Origin: Squalus acanthias
Taxonomy: Eukaryota
Direction: 5' to 3'
Assembly (NCBI GenBank): GCA_030390025.1
Contig: JASTWF010000048.1
Coordinates: 2,108,001-2,172,000 of the forward strand
DNA length: 64,000 bases
A program made the translations under genes and the position numbers. Shown one piece after another: positions 23,735 through 36,969 of this stretch. The notes beneath the pieces are model-generated. The model saw only the letters and a program-made list of their open reading frames with translations. It searched no databases and was not told where the DNA came from. Position 1 is the first letter of the stretch. Each line of letters begins with the position of its first letter.

Positions 23735-24465
23735 AAGACTCCAGGCGCAGTAATACACGGCCGAGTGATTCGCCCGCAGGCTGGAGGACTTCAGGGTGAA
23801 CTCGTTCCCATTCGGTCGCTCGGAGGTAAAACTGTCCACCGTCCCCTCTGCAGTTACACTTTGTACAGTTAGGGACATAAACATCATCTGCGGCTCCTTC
23901 CCTGGATGTTGTCTGTACCAGTACATGTAAGGTGTACTTGCTCCCTCGACAGTGCATTTCAGTTCCATTCGATCCCCAGGAATGTTGGAGACAGCGGCGA
24001 GAGTCTGGTGGATTGTCTGCGAGTTCAGGGCTTGGAAAGAGATGGGGAGAGAGGAGAAGGTCAGTAAACAGGGACATTCGTGGCAATGGAGAGAGAAAGA
24101 ACGAAAGAAAGTAAGAACAACATAATTAAATTCAGAGAACAAGGTTGTTGGAGCAAATGCACTATTTCTGGTTCGTCACAAATAAAGGAGATAAATTGTG
24201 TCAAATAAGGGCGGGATGGACATTTAGTTAGCAGGGTTCGTTCTGTAATATTTGAATCAATGAGTGACATTTCCACGCCAATCCATATTACAAGGAGAGC
24301 TCCACTAAACCTAATGGCTCCTGTCTAACTACAAGTGTCTGCGGGTTTAGAATATTAATCTTGAAAGAAAGAAAGAACACGTAAAGAAAGGCAATGAACA
24401 AAAATTAATTTTTGAACTAGTCCCTTACGGTGAAAAAAGATCATTAGACACAGTAACAGATACAT
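23735..24465 (-). CDS. TRBV: TCR V segment, family B (B4), apparently functional (AAG acceptor)
   Basis: Leader 24429..24465. V exon 23735..24030 (SQTIHQT..YYCAWS). Consensus 23-RSS. Intron enlarged by an inverted ~215-bp repeat. Confidence 0.87.
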
Positions 24466-26115
24466 TTTTTACTGTAACTTTTTCTCTTAATTATGAAAGG
24501 AGGGAGAACAGGAAAATTGTGTCTGGTGAGAATCCAAGCCGCTCTATTCAAATCATTCAGGAAAACATGAAGTCCGTGAGGAAGTGATGCAGATTTGGAC
24601 AGCCCCGCCCCTCCCTCTCTTATTGGCAGCCGCGCCTCTCCCCCACCCCCGCCCCCTTATTAACAGCCCCGACTCGCCCTCTCTGATAGGCAGCCCAGCT
24701 ACTCCCTCTCTGATTGGCAGTAATTAGAGCAGCCGGGAGCTGAATGTTGCAATGGGGACATAGACGAATTAAATGAATGAGCAAAACAGAGGTTGATGAA
24801 GCTTAAAGTGGGCAATGTGAGATCATCCACTGCCAACCTAAGAAAGAGTGATCAGAACATTTTCTGAATGGTGAAAACCTGGGAACTGTGAAGGTGCAAA
24901 GGGGTTTAGTTATCAAGCTACACAAATCGCTATCGGCCAGTAGACAGGTACAAACATCAAAAAAGGCTTATGTAATGTTGGCCTTTATCTCAAGGGTGCT
25001 GGAATACTGAGGAGAGAAAGTTAAGCTTCAGTTGAACAGCGTCCTGGCCAGACACCAACTGGAGCAGAACTTTCAGTTCTGGGCAACACAATTCAGGAAG
25101 GATATATTGGTCTTGGAGGGAGTGCAGCGATGATTCACCAGATTGATACCGGAGCATAGAAGACTTATTATGAGGACAGATAACATAGACTAGGCTTGTA
25201 TTCCTCTGATTATAGAAGATTGAGAAGTGATCCTACTGAGGTGTTTAAAAGATTCGAGACTGTCGATAGAGAGATGGTATTCCCTCTGGTGAGGGGCAGT
25301 CCAGAACTAGGCGGCATCAGCTTCGCTTTAGAGCGAGGCTGATCAGGGGTCCTGTCTGGAAGCACTTCTTGACACAAAGGGTCGTTCAAATCTGGCATTC
25401 TCTCGCCCAATTGGCTGTTGAGGCTAGAGGTCAATTGAAGATTTCGAAACTTCGATTTTTTTGGGTAAGGGTGTCATGGGCTGTGGAACGATTGGTGTTT
25501 TGTTTCAGATACTGAAAATCACACTATCGAAAATATATCAATCATTTAGAGAGGGTGCAGAGGAGATTTAATAAATGGTACCAGGGACGAGGGTCTCCAG
25601 TCACATTGAGAGACTAGAGGAGATGGGATTGTTCTCCTTAGGGCACGGACGAATAACGGGGGATTTAATGGAATTGTTCAAAATCATGAAGGGTTTTGTT
25701 AAAGTAAATCAGGAGAAACGGTTTCCAGTAGCAGAAGAGTCGGTAACCAGTGGGCACAAATTTAAAGACCAGATAAGGGTATGATGCTTTTTTATTGTAC
25801 AGCGAGTTGTTATGGTTTGGAATGCACTGGCCGAATGGGTGGAGGAAGCAGATTCAATAATAATTTTCCAAAGGCAATTGGATACACACTTGAACCGGGA
25901 CGGTTACTGGGCTGTGGCGAAAGGCACGGGAATATGATTAATTGGATAGCTCTTTGATAGACCCGGTACTGGCACGTGGGGCGGAATGACTTCCTTCCGT
26001 GCTGTACCATTCTATGGTTCTATGACCTGGGGGCAGAATAGTTGCACCGAAATAAAATCTAGTGCTGCCACATGGTGGCGGAGAATGATCACTGAACTAC
26101 CAGTCATCCGCTGCA

Positions 26116-26154
26116 GGTTTTTGTAGCTGGGGAGCCGCTTTCTCAAACGTTGTG
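26116..26154 (-). other. 23-RSS of A3
   Basis: CACAACG-23-ACAAAAACC. Confidence 0.9.
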
Positions 26155-27078
26155 CGGTACTGCAAGCACAATAATAGACAGCGGTGTGAGACGGAGAGGC
26201 GACGATCAGTTCCAAAGTAAACAGCGTAGTGCTGCTTCTTTCTGCCTTAAAATATTCGGACGTGTATTTCGTAACAGCACCAGCTGCAGCAGAATAGAAA
26301 AGAGATTCTAATGCACGGTCGGGTTGTTGTCTGTACCAGAACATTAAGGTATAGGCAGTGTTCGTCAACGTGCATCTGAGTTTGGTCGACACTCCTGTTC
26401 CAATCGATACAATAGAAGGCGACTGCTCCACGTACGAGGCGAGTATTTCTGTCGAATGCAACATCGATTAATTTCTTATTTTTGTCAATAATTGGTTAGA
26501 GCGCACAATACAGAGAAAAATGATTCCCATTCATAAAGCGCCACTCAAGACATCAGAATGAGACAAAGCTCTTTACAACTAATGAAGTACTGATTAAAGT
26601 GCAGTCATCGTTGTAATGTTGGAAAGGAGACAGACAATTCGAGAACAGCAAGCTCCCACATACAACATTGAAATAAATGCCCAGTACAGCTTTTTTATTT
26701 GGTGTTTGTTGTGGGATTAATGTTGGCCCAGGTCACCGGCGACAACTTCGCTGCTCTTCTTCCAATAGTGCCATGGGATCATTTACGTCCACCTGAGAGG
26801 GCAGCTCAGTTTAACGCCTTATCTGAAAGACGGCATCTCCGAAAGTGCAGCACTCCCTCAGCGCTGGCTTCGGGAGTGTCAGCATAGATTTTGTGCTCAA
26901 GTCTCAGGAGTAAGACTCGAACCCAAAACCTCTGATTCGGAGGCAAGGTTTCTACTAGCTGAACAAGAGCTGACATTATAATACATTATTCTACAAAGAC
27001 CTCTGCATAAATTTGTTTATTTGACTTACGTGGTATCAGTGCCACCATCAACGTTAGATAATGAGCTTCATGAAACAT
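26155..27078 (-). CDS. TRBV: TCR V segment, family A (A3), apparently functional
   Basis: Leader 27030..27078. V exon 26155..26448 open. RSS heptamer CACAACG. Confidence 0.9.
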
Positions 27079-27391
27079 GATTTATTCTTTCGACGCTGAC
27101 TCGCTGTGTCATCGGGTGTAGCTCAATACCACGTTTGAAGGCAGTTTCTCTGTTGGATCTGATTAAATACGAAGCGTCCGGTTGTAATTGTTACTCCCAC
27201 ATCACTTCCTGCGTAACCCACGCTCCTTCCCATTCCTTCGGTAGTTCAGCAACTTCATTGAAACGTACAGCACTGAAGGTTAAAGAGAGAACGAAAGGAT
27301 GTGTTCAAAATCATGAACGGTTTTGAGAGAGTTAATACGGTGAAACTATATCCACTAGCATGATGTTAGATAACAAGATCACAGAGACTTA

Positions 27392-28260
27392 AGATAAGAA
27401 CATAAGAAATAAGGCAGAATTAGTCCATAGGTCCCTCGAGCCAGCTCCGCCATTAAATAAGATCATGGCTGATCATTGACCTCAACTTGAATTTCCTGCC
27501 CGATCTCCATATCCATTGATTCCCCGAGAGTACAAGATTCTATCTGTCTCAGCATTGAATATACTCAAAAATTCAGCATTCACAGTCCTCTGGGGTACAG
27601 AATTCCAAGGATTCAAAGCCCTCTGTTTGAAGAAATTCCTCCTCATCTTGATCACAAATAGCCTTCCCCTTATCCTGAGACTATGCCCCCTAGTTCTAGA
27701 CATTCCAGTCAGGGGAAACAAACTCTCAGCATCTACCCTCTCAATCCCCTCCAGAATCTTGTATGTTTCAATGAGATCACCTCTCATTCTTCTAAACTCC
27801 AGAAAGTCTACACACTTTCTCCAAAATCTCTCATTATAGGACAGCCCTCTCATCCCAGGAATCAATCTGGTGAACATTCGTTGCACTGCCTCCACGGCAA
27901 GTATATCCTTCCTTAGATAAGGAGACCAAAACTGTGCACAGTACTCCAGGTGTGATCTCACCCAGGGCCTGTTTAATTGTAGCAAGACTTCCTTACACCT
28001 ATGCTCTAAACCCTTTTCAATAAAGGCCTGCATGCCATTTGCCTTCCTTATTGCTTGCTGTACCGGCATGCTAGCTTTCTCTGTTTCTTGCACGAGGACA
28101 CCCACATCTCTTCTGAACACCAACATTTGAAAGTTTCTCGCCATTTAAAAATCATTCTGTTTTTCTATTCTTCCTACCAAAGTGAATAACCTCACATTTC
28201 CCTACATTATACTCCATCTGCCACGTTACTGCCCACTAACTTAGTCTATCTATATCCCTA
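27392..28260 (-). mobile_element. CR1 LINE 3' fragment, same insertion site as 20551..21420
   Basis: ORF 27482..28144 and equivalent flanks. Confidence 0.85.
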
Positions 28261-28536
28261 TAATTGGCAAAAGAACGAGCGGGGAGATGAGGAAACATAC
28301 ATTTTATTACGCAGAGAGTTCTTATAATCTGGAATATATTGCCTGAAAGGGCAGTGGAAGCAGTTTCAATAATAACTTTCAAAAAGGAATTGGATATAAA
28401 ATTTAAAAAGAATGAAAAAAACAGGGCTATGGTGAATGAGCAGGTTAGTGAGACTAAATTTATAGGAGCGACCAAAACTAGGGGTCAAAAATATAAGATA
28501 AACACTGATAAATCTTACACAGAATTCAGGAGTAAT

Positions 28537-29281
28537 GGCCCAGAAATTGATCTCGCTCTGTTCCCGCGGGGGTAAGCCTTCCCCGCGATGTCTCACCTCG
28601 CTTATGCTTTTTCTGATCCAGCTCGCACGAACTTGATGTTCCAGACATCAGCTGTGCTGGGCTTGCGTATCCCAGCGGCGCAGTTAATTCGTGCGAGCTG
28701 TGGGATCACGTGACTCAGTTAGAGCCAATGGCAGCACACCATCTTCCATTCATAAGTCTCACAGCATGGCTGTGAGACTTATTAATCTTACACCCCCCCA
28801 AAATAACAGCTAAACCTCAATTAAATTTAAAAAAAAAACCATCACATTAATAAAATAAGTATAGTTAATTAAACTAACCATTTTAAATAAAAAATTAAAT
28901 TTTTGAAAAAATTTAAAATCTTTTAAAAAGTTATAAAAAATAAACTTACCTGTCTTTAAAGTCTATAAAAAATATATACCTGTAAAAAAAAATTCAAAAA
29001 AATACTTAATTCACTACTTACCTTCTTAAAAGCGGGTCTTACTCCTCCTTTTTACATTTCCAAAATCTTCCCTACTTACCTGCGCATCCAAAGCATGAAG
29101 TGCACAGCGTGCGCGCAGCCTGTAGCGCGCACACGATGCACTCAGGCCCCGCCCCCTTTTCGGAAGAGCAATTGCCGGTTTTCAGCGCATGCGCAGGGCA
29201 TGCAGAAAACCGGCAATTGGAGTGGGAATACGCGAGAGTATGCAGTGCGTACTCTCGCGTCCCGGGATCAAGTTTCGGCCC
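28537..29281. mobile_element. Non-autonomous DNA transposon (MITE, PIF/Harbinger-like)
   Basis: Imperfect ~16-bp TIRs (GGCCCAGAAATTGATC / GATCAAGTTTCGGCCC), AAT target duplication, empty site in the paralog near 21525. Confidence 0.8.
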
Positions 29282-30594
29282 AATATCTTCACCCAAAGTG
29301 TGCTGATAATGTAGAACTTGATACCACATGGAGAGCTTGAGGGAAATAGCATAAATGCATTTAAGCAGAATGTAGATAAGGATGTGAGGGAGGAAGGAAT
29401 AGAAGCATATATTGATGAGGGTAATCGAAGAGGGGTGGGATGAAGGCGGTGGGTTCTCGTTGGGCAGGCCTTTCAAAGAGGCGGCACAGACTAGATGGGC
29501 CGAATCGCCTCCTTCTGTGCTGTACGATTTTATGCTTCTATAAGGCACGCAACATTGTGGGGACAAAGTGCTCTCCTGTTTCAGGCAGTGCAGGTTTCAG
29601 TTCCTTTGCGCGAAACGAGAATTCAAGGGTTAAACTTTTTGCTGGGCTGAATACGCAGATTCTTTGAAATAACACGTCAACAGGCACCTAGAGTCTGATA
29701 GAGAAGCGGACAAACGGTTGTGAACAGAAGCTGAAACCGCCGTCATGAGGCAGGTGTCCCGGTGACAAACGTATCTGGAGGCGCATCTCGACTTTGCACA
29801 GTGTAAAAGTTCGGTGACACGTTTAAGGATTCTAAGATTAACAATTTCCTATTGATTTGAGATAGTTCAACTTAGAGCAGAGAAGGTTAAGGGGAGAATT
29901 GATAGAGGTGTTCAAAATCATGAAGGTTTTGATAGAGTAATTAAGGGGAAATTGTCTCCAGTGGCCGCAGGGTGGGTATCCAGAGGAGGCAGATAAAAGG
30001 TGATTGACAGAAGAGCCAGAGGGGGAGAGGAGGAGAATGTGTTTACACTGCGAGTTGTTATGATCTGGAATGCACCGTCTGAAAGGGCGGTGGAAGAAGG
30101 TTCATTCGTAACTTTCAAAAGTGAATTTGATAAAATCTTGAGCGGAAAATTTACAGGGCTATGGGGAAAGAGAAGGGGAGTGGGACTCATCGGACAGCAC
30201 TTTCAAAGTGCCGGTACAGGCACAATGAGCCGAATGGAGTCCATCTGTGCTCCATCTGTGGTGCATCATTCCAAGGTTCTATGATAATCAGCGCATCTCT
30301 GGTCACTTACGCTTTCCGACAAATCGGGGAGGGATCTGTACCCCCTCTGCTGAGGTGATCCTGGGAATTATTCAGAGGAATAATCGGAAGGTACGTGTGA
30401 CTCCTTCCCATATTCCTCCGACCGCTCTTTCAATTCAGTTACTAACCCATTGAACCCTCCGCCTCATCTACTTCTTATAATGTAGAGAATAACTTAAAGA
30501 AAATGACATCCAAACCATTAATACAGCATTCTTAATAATTAATAATCAATTGAATTCATCTAAGGTGACAGAGAGCAAGAAGATAGATGGAAAA

Positions 30595-30610
30595 ATAGAT
30601 AGATAGATAC

Positions 30611-30676
<66 letters not shown>

Positions 30677-30682
30677 CGATAG
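30595..30682 (+). repeat. (GATA)n microsatellite
   Basis: Tetranucleotide run abutting an N gap. Confidence 0.93.
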
Positions 30683-31559
30683 AAGGATNNNNNNNNNNNN
30701 NNNNNNNNNNNNNNNNNNNNNNNNNNNNNNNNNNNNNNNNNNNNNNNNNNNNNNNNNNNNNNNNNNNNNNNNNNNNNNNNNNNNNNNNNNNNNNNNNNNN
30801 NNNNNNNNNNNNNNNNNNNNNNNNNNNGGATGGATGGATGCACGGACGTACGGATGAGCGGATGGACGTACAGATAGGGCTTAGTTGGTTAAATTAAGAG
30901 ATCAGGCTAAGAATCAATTGGAACTTTCAAGACTGAGATTGATAGATATTTGTTGGGTAAGTGCATCGAGGATTATGGAGCAATGGTGATTAGATTGAGT
31001 TGAGACACCCATCAGCCATGATTTCATTGTTTGGGAAGTCAGGCTCGAGGGTCTGAATGGCCTCGTCTTCTTCCTAGGTGACAGGCTCGAGTAGTTACCC
31101 GGATTTCTCCTGCAGCTGTGTAACTGGTTCGATTGCCAGATTGCCACTTCCTGCTCCTAGGTAACAGGCAAGAGGAATATACGACCTCTTCCTGTTCCTG
31201 TGTAACAGACACAAGGAAATTGAATGGCCTCCTCGTAATCCTGTCTTCGAGCAAAACATATTCAATCAACTGAGTGTTTCGTGGTCCTAGAGCGCCCTCT
31301 GCTGTCCAAGTGGAGAAAGAAAACACAGTGTTCAGTGTGTAAAATCCACCAGTCTTTGTATTTTAGTTCCTTCTTTATATCTTTCTATCCTTCTTTCTGC
31401 CATTCTTTCAGTCTTTCGTTCGTTCTCTCTCCCTTTTTTTCCTGGTTTTCTTTCTTGATATCTATTACTTTTTTTCTCTCCTTCTACATTTCATTTTATC
31501 ATTCTGCAGTGCATCTAACAATCTATCTTTGCACCTTCTCTGATCCCTTTATATACAAT

Positions 31560-31856
31560 GGTCAAAGTGGGAGGTTTTAAGGAGCGTCTTAAAGGAGGAA
31601 AGAGAGGTAGCGAGGCGGACAGGTTTAGGAAGGGAATTCCAGAGCTTAGGGCCGAGGCAACAGAAGGCACGGCCACCGATGGTTGAGCGATTGTTATCAG
31701 GGATGCGAAGCAGGGTAGAATTAGAGGAGCACAGATATATCGGGGGCTTTGGGGGCTGAAGGAGATTACAGAGATAGGGAGGGGCGAGGCGAAGGAGGGA
31801 TTTGAAAACAAGGATGAGAAGTTTGAAATCGAGGCGCTGCTTACCCGGGAACCAAT
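31560..31856 (-). mobile_element. Probable L2-clade LINE 3' fragment
   Basis: Minus strand resembles an L2 ORF2 end (GGRAF..LGPKLWNSLP..FKT.LKT). Absent from paralogous cassettes. Confidence 0.55.
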
Positions 31857-32135
31857 CTTGAAGACCTCTATCAGGTCACCACTCAGACTTCTCCTTTCTA
31901 GAGAAAAGAGCCCCAGCCTGTTCAGCCTTTCATGATAGTTATAACTTCACAGTTCCTGTGTCATTCTTGTTATTCCTGATTTGCAGCTTCTCAAGTGCCT
32001 CTACATCTCATCTCTGAGGTTAAATCAAACACGTCTCCTCTTCTTCTCAAAAGCACGTTCGCTCTCCAAAATAAACCAAACAGGGCATAGCAGCGCGCGG
32101 TTTTATTTTAAACAGGTGTTTCCTGCCGCCTTTCG

Positions 32136-32174
32136 GGTATTTGTTGAGCACCTCCATCTCTCTGAGTCACTGTG
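32136..32174 (-). other. 23-RSS of B5
   Basis: CACAGTG-23-ACAAATACC. Confidence 0.85.
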
Positions 32175-32766
32175 AACACTCCAGGTGCAGTAATACACGG
32201 CCGAGTGATTAACCGCAGGCTGGTGGACTTCAGGTTGAAGATGTTGTCATTTGATCGCTCGGCGGTAAAGCCGTCCACCGTCCCCTCTGCAGTTAGACTT
32301 TTTACAGTTAGGGAGATAAACATCAACTGCGGCTCCTTCGCTGGATATTGTCAGTAACAGTACATGTTAGGGGAACCTGGTCACTCCACAGAGCATTTCA
32401 GTTCCGCTCCATCCCCAGGAATTCTGGAGACAGCGGCGGGCGTCTGGCGGATAGTCTGTGAGTTCACGTCTGAGAAATAAATGGAGAAGGTCAGTCAACA
32501 GTGANNNNNNNNNNNNNNNNNNNNNNNNNNNNNNNNNNNNNNNNNNNNNNNNNNNNNNNNNNNNNNNNNNNNNNNNNNNNNNNNNNNNNNNNNNNNNNNN
32601 NNNNNNNNNNNNNNNNNNNNNNNNNNNNNNNNNNNNNNNNNNNNNNNNNNNNNNNNNNNNNNNNNNNNNNNNNNNGAAAACGTAAAGAAGGGCTATTGAC
32701 AAGAATGATTTTTTTATATAATCCCTTACGGTGAAACAAGATAATTATACCCAGTAACAGCAACAA
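32175..32766 (-). pseudogene. Family B V pseudogene (B5)
   Basis: Leader ATG changed to TTG, Trp41 to Cys, in-frame TGA, 1-nt deletion in FR3, nonamer ACAAATACC. Confidence 0.88.
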
Positions 32767-34366
32767 CTTTTATTCATGCTTTTCCCTTAATAATGAAAAG
32801 AGCGAGAACAGGAGAGTTGTTTCTTGTGATGATCCAACCAGCTATGTTCAAATCACTGAGGAAATCATGAACAGCATTATGACAGCCCCGACCCATCCGC
32901 TCTGACACACAGCCCCACCTCTCCCTCTCTGATTGGCAGCCCAGCTGCTCCATCTCTGATTGACATTAATTTAAGCAGATGGGTACTGGAATTTACAAAG
33001 CGGACATAGACAGATTAAATGAATGAACAAAACAGAGATAGATGAACTTTAATGTGGGCAAAGGTGAGGTCATCCACTGTGACCCAAAGAAAGATAGTGT
33101 CGAGTATTTTCTAAATGGTGAGAAGCTGGGAACTGTAGAGGGGCAAAGGGATTTAGGTGTCGAGCTAGACAAATCACATAAGAGCCAGCAGGCATGTACC
33201 AAAATCAAAAAGGCTAATAGAATGTTGGCCTTTATCTCAAGGGTGCTGGAATACAGAGGAAAGAAAGTTATACTTCAGTTGTATAGCGTCCTGGTCAGAC
33301 TCCATCTGGAACAGGACGTTCAGTTCTGAGTAAACTCTTCAGGAAGGATATATTGGTCTTGGAGGGAGTGCAGCGAAGATTCAACAGAATGATACCGGGG
33401 CTTGGAGGGTTACTTTTTGAGGACAGATTACATAGACTAGGCTTGTATTCCATTGAATATAGAAGATTGAGCAGTGATCCTACTGAGGTGTTTAAAATGT
33501 TAAAAGTATTGGAGACTTTAGATAGAGAGAAGGTATTCCCTCTGGTGAGGGGCAGCCCAGAACTGGGGGCCATCAACTGAGCATTAAAGCGAGGCCGATC
33601 AAGGGTCATATCTGGAGGCACCTCTTGACCTAAAGGGTAGTGGACATCTGGAATTCTCTCTCCCATTTGGCTGCTGAGGCTAGAGGTCAATCGGGTATTT
33701 CAAAACTTAGATTTTTGTTAGGTAAGTGTTACGGAACCAGCTGGAGTTATGGTTCCTCTTCTGATCACACACTTTCGGAAGCATATCAAGGACTTCGACA
33801 GGGTGAAGAGGAGAATTACAAAATAGTACTAGGGACGAGGGTTTCCAGTCACATTGAGAGACTAGAGAAGATGGGATTGTTCTCCTTCGGGCTGAGACGG
33901 TTAAGGATCGATTTAATGGAAGTGTTCAAAATCATGAAGGGTTTTGATAGAGTAAATAACGAGAAACTACATCCAGTGACAGAAGCGTCTGTAACCAGTG
34001 GGAACATATTTAAGGACCAGATAGGGAGATGATGAGTTTTTTTATTGTAGAACGAGTTGTTATGGTTTGGAATGCACTGCCCGAATAGGTGGAGGAAGCA
34101 GATTCAATAATACGTTTCCAAAAGGAATTGGATACACACTTCAAGCGGAACGTTTACAGGGTTATGGGGCAAAGGCACGGGAATAGGACTAATTGGATAG
34201 CTCTTTGAAAAGACCAGTATAGGTATGTGGGGCCGAATGATCGCCTTCCGTGCTCTATCATTCTATGATTCTATGACTTGGTGGCAGAATATTTGCTCCG
34301 AAATAAAATCTAGTGCTGCCACCTGGTGGTGGAAAATGAGCAGTGAAATCCCATTCATCCGTTGCA

Positions 34367-34405
34367 GGTTTTTGTCGCTGGGGAGCCGCTTTCTCAAACG
34401 CTGTG
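34367..34405 (-). other. 23-RSS of A4
   Basis: CACAGCG-23-ACAAAAACC. Confidence 0.93.
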
Positions 34406-35323
34406 TGATACTACAAGCACAGTAATAGACAGCGGTGTGAGACGGAGAGGAGGCGCTCAGTTCCAAAGTAAACAGCGTAGTGCTAATTCTTTCGGCCTTA
34501 AAAGTCTCGGTCGTGTACTTCGTAACATCACCTGCTACAGCAGAATAGAAAAGAGCATCTAATGCCCGGTCGGGTTCTTGTCTGTACCAGTACATTTGGA
34601 AATAAGCAGTATTCCTCAGCGTGCATCTGAGCGTGGTCGACTCTCCTGCTCCAATCGATAGGACAGAAGGCAACTGCTCCACGTACGAGGCGAGTATTCC
34701 TGTCGAATGCAACATCGATTAATTTCTTATTTTTTTCAATAATTGATTTGAGCACGGACTGCAATGAAAAAGAACTTCCATTCATAAAGCGCTTTCACGA
34801 ACTCAAAAATTCACAAAGCTCTTTACAGCCAATGAAGTGCTGATGAAATTGTCGTCATTGTTGTAATGTCGGAAAGGAGACAGCCAATTTCAGCACAGCA
34901 AGCTCCCACATACTGCATTGAAATAAATGACCAGTACATCTAATTTTTGGTGTTTGCTTTGGGATTAATGTTGGCCCAGGACACCGGCGACAACTACGCT
35001 GCTCTTCTTCTAATAGTGCCCTGGGATCATTTACGTCTACCTGAGAGGGCAGCTCGGTTTACTGCCTTATCTGAAAGATGGCACCTCCGATAGTGCAGCA
35101 CTTCCTCAGTGCTGGTCTCGGGAGTGTCAGCATAGATTTTGTGCTCAAGTCTCAGGAGTAAGACTCCAACCCAAAACCTATGATTCCGAGGCAAGGTTTC
35201 GAACAGCTGAACAACAACTGACATTATAATACATTATTCTACAAAGATCTCATAAGTTTGTTATTTTGACTTACGTGGGATCATTGTCATCATCAATGTT
35301 AGATAATAAAATTCATGAAACAT
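34406..35323 (-). CDS. TRBV: TCR V segment, family A (A4), apparently functional
   Basis: Leader 35275..35323 (MFHEFYYLTLMMTMIP). V exon 34406..34699 open. 23-RSS. Confidence 0.9.
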
Positions 35324-36930
35324 GATTTATTCATTCGACAATGGCTCACAGTGCGAACTAGTGCAGCTCCAAACCACGTTTAAAATGCGATTTGTCGAGT
35401 GGATCTGATTAAATACGAAGCATCCGGTTGTAATTGTCACTCTTACGCCACTTCCTGTGCAAGTCACGCCCCATCCCATTCCTTCCCTAGTTTCGTAACT
35501 TCATAGAACCATACAGCACAGAACGTAAAGGAAAGGACAAATAGAGGTGATAAATATTAAACATTACGAATGGTTTCGATAGAGTTGATAGGGAGAATCT
35601 AAATCCACTGGCAGGAGGGTCGTTAACCAGAGGGCACAGATTTAAGATAATAGGCAAAAGGACCAGCGGGGAGATGAGGAGACGTAAATTTTATTGCAGA
35701 GAGTTGTCATGATCTGGAATGCATTGCCTGAAATGGCGATGGAAGCAGATTCAATAATTACTTCTGCAAGGGAATTGGATATAAACTTGATATGGAAAAA
35801 AACAGGACTATGGGGAAACAGCAGGGGAGTGGGACTAAATTGATAATCGGGACCAAAACTAGGGGCTTCTAGGATATACACTAATACATGCAAGAGGGTA
35901 TTCAGGAGTACCCTCGTTACACAAAGTGTGGTGAGACTCTGAAACTTGCTACCGCATGGAATGGTTGTGTCGAATAGCATAGCTGCATTTAAGGGGAGGC
36001 TAGATAATTACATGAGAGAGAAAGGAATTGAAGGATATGCTAATGGGCGTACTTGAAGAGGGGTAGGACGATGCCGGTGGGGTTCAAATTGGATAGGTCT
36101 TTCAAAGAGCCGCATCAGACCAGTCGGTCCGAATGGCCTACTTCAGTGCTGTAGGATTCTATGATTCTTGGAAAAATAGAACGTTGCTGGGAAAAATGCT
36201 CTCCTGTTTCAGGCAGTGCAGGTTTGAGTTCCGATGTGCTGAGCGAGAATTCAAGGGTAAATTCTTTGCTGAGCTGAATTCGCAGATTCTTTGAAAAACA
36301 AATCAAAAGCCATCTAGAGTCTGATAGAGAAGCGGGTAAACGGTTTTCAACAGATTCTGAAACCGCCGTCATGCGGCAGGTGTCCCGGAGACAAACATAT
36401 CTGAAGATGCGTCTCGTCTTCGCACAGTGTGAACCATCGGTGAGAATTGCAAGGGTTCTAATATTAAGTATTTCCTAATTGTATGGGGTGTTCTCCTTAG
36501 AGCAAAGAATGTAAGGCGGAGCTTTACCAGAATGATAGCAGGAGTGAGCGACTCAACTTTGCTGCAGAGACTGGAGAAGCTGGTGTTGTTCTGTCTACAG
36601 CACGCAATCTGGTTCTTAAATGACGATAATATCTTAAAAGAATGACATTCAGTACGTTGATATATTACATTTTTAATTAATTAAAAGCAATTTGTAATNN
36701 NNNNNNNNNNNNNNNNNNNNNNNNNNNNNNNNNNNNNNNNNNNNNNNNNNNNNNNNNNNNNNNNNNNNNNNNNNNNNNNNNNNNNNNNNNNNNNNNNNNN
36801 NNNNNNNNNNNNNNNNNNNNNNNNNNNNNNNNNNNNNNNNNNNNNNNNNNNNNNNNNNNNNNNNNNNNNNNNNNCCCGGTCTATCTAAATATGATTAGAA
36901 CTAGTTGGGGGTTGGTGTCTGAGACGGGTG

Positions 36931-36969
36931 GGTTTTTGTAGCACGGTTCAATCTGAGTATATCTCTGTG
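36931..36969 (-). other. 23-RSS of C2
   Basis: CACAGAG-23-ACAAAAACC. Confidence 0.93.
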
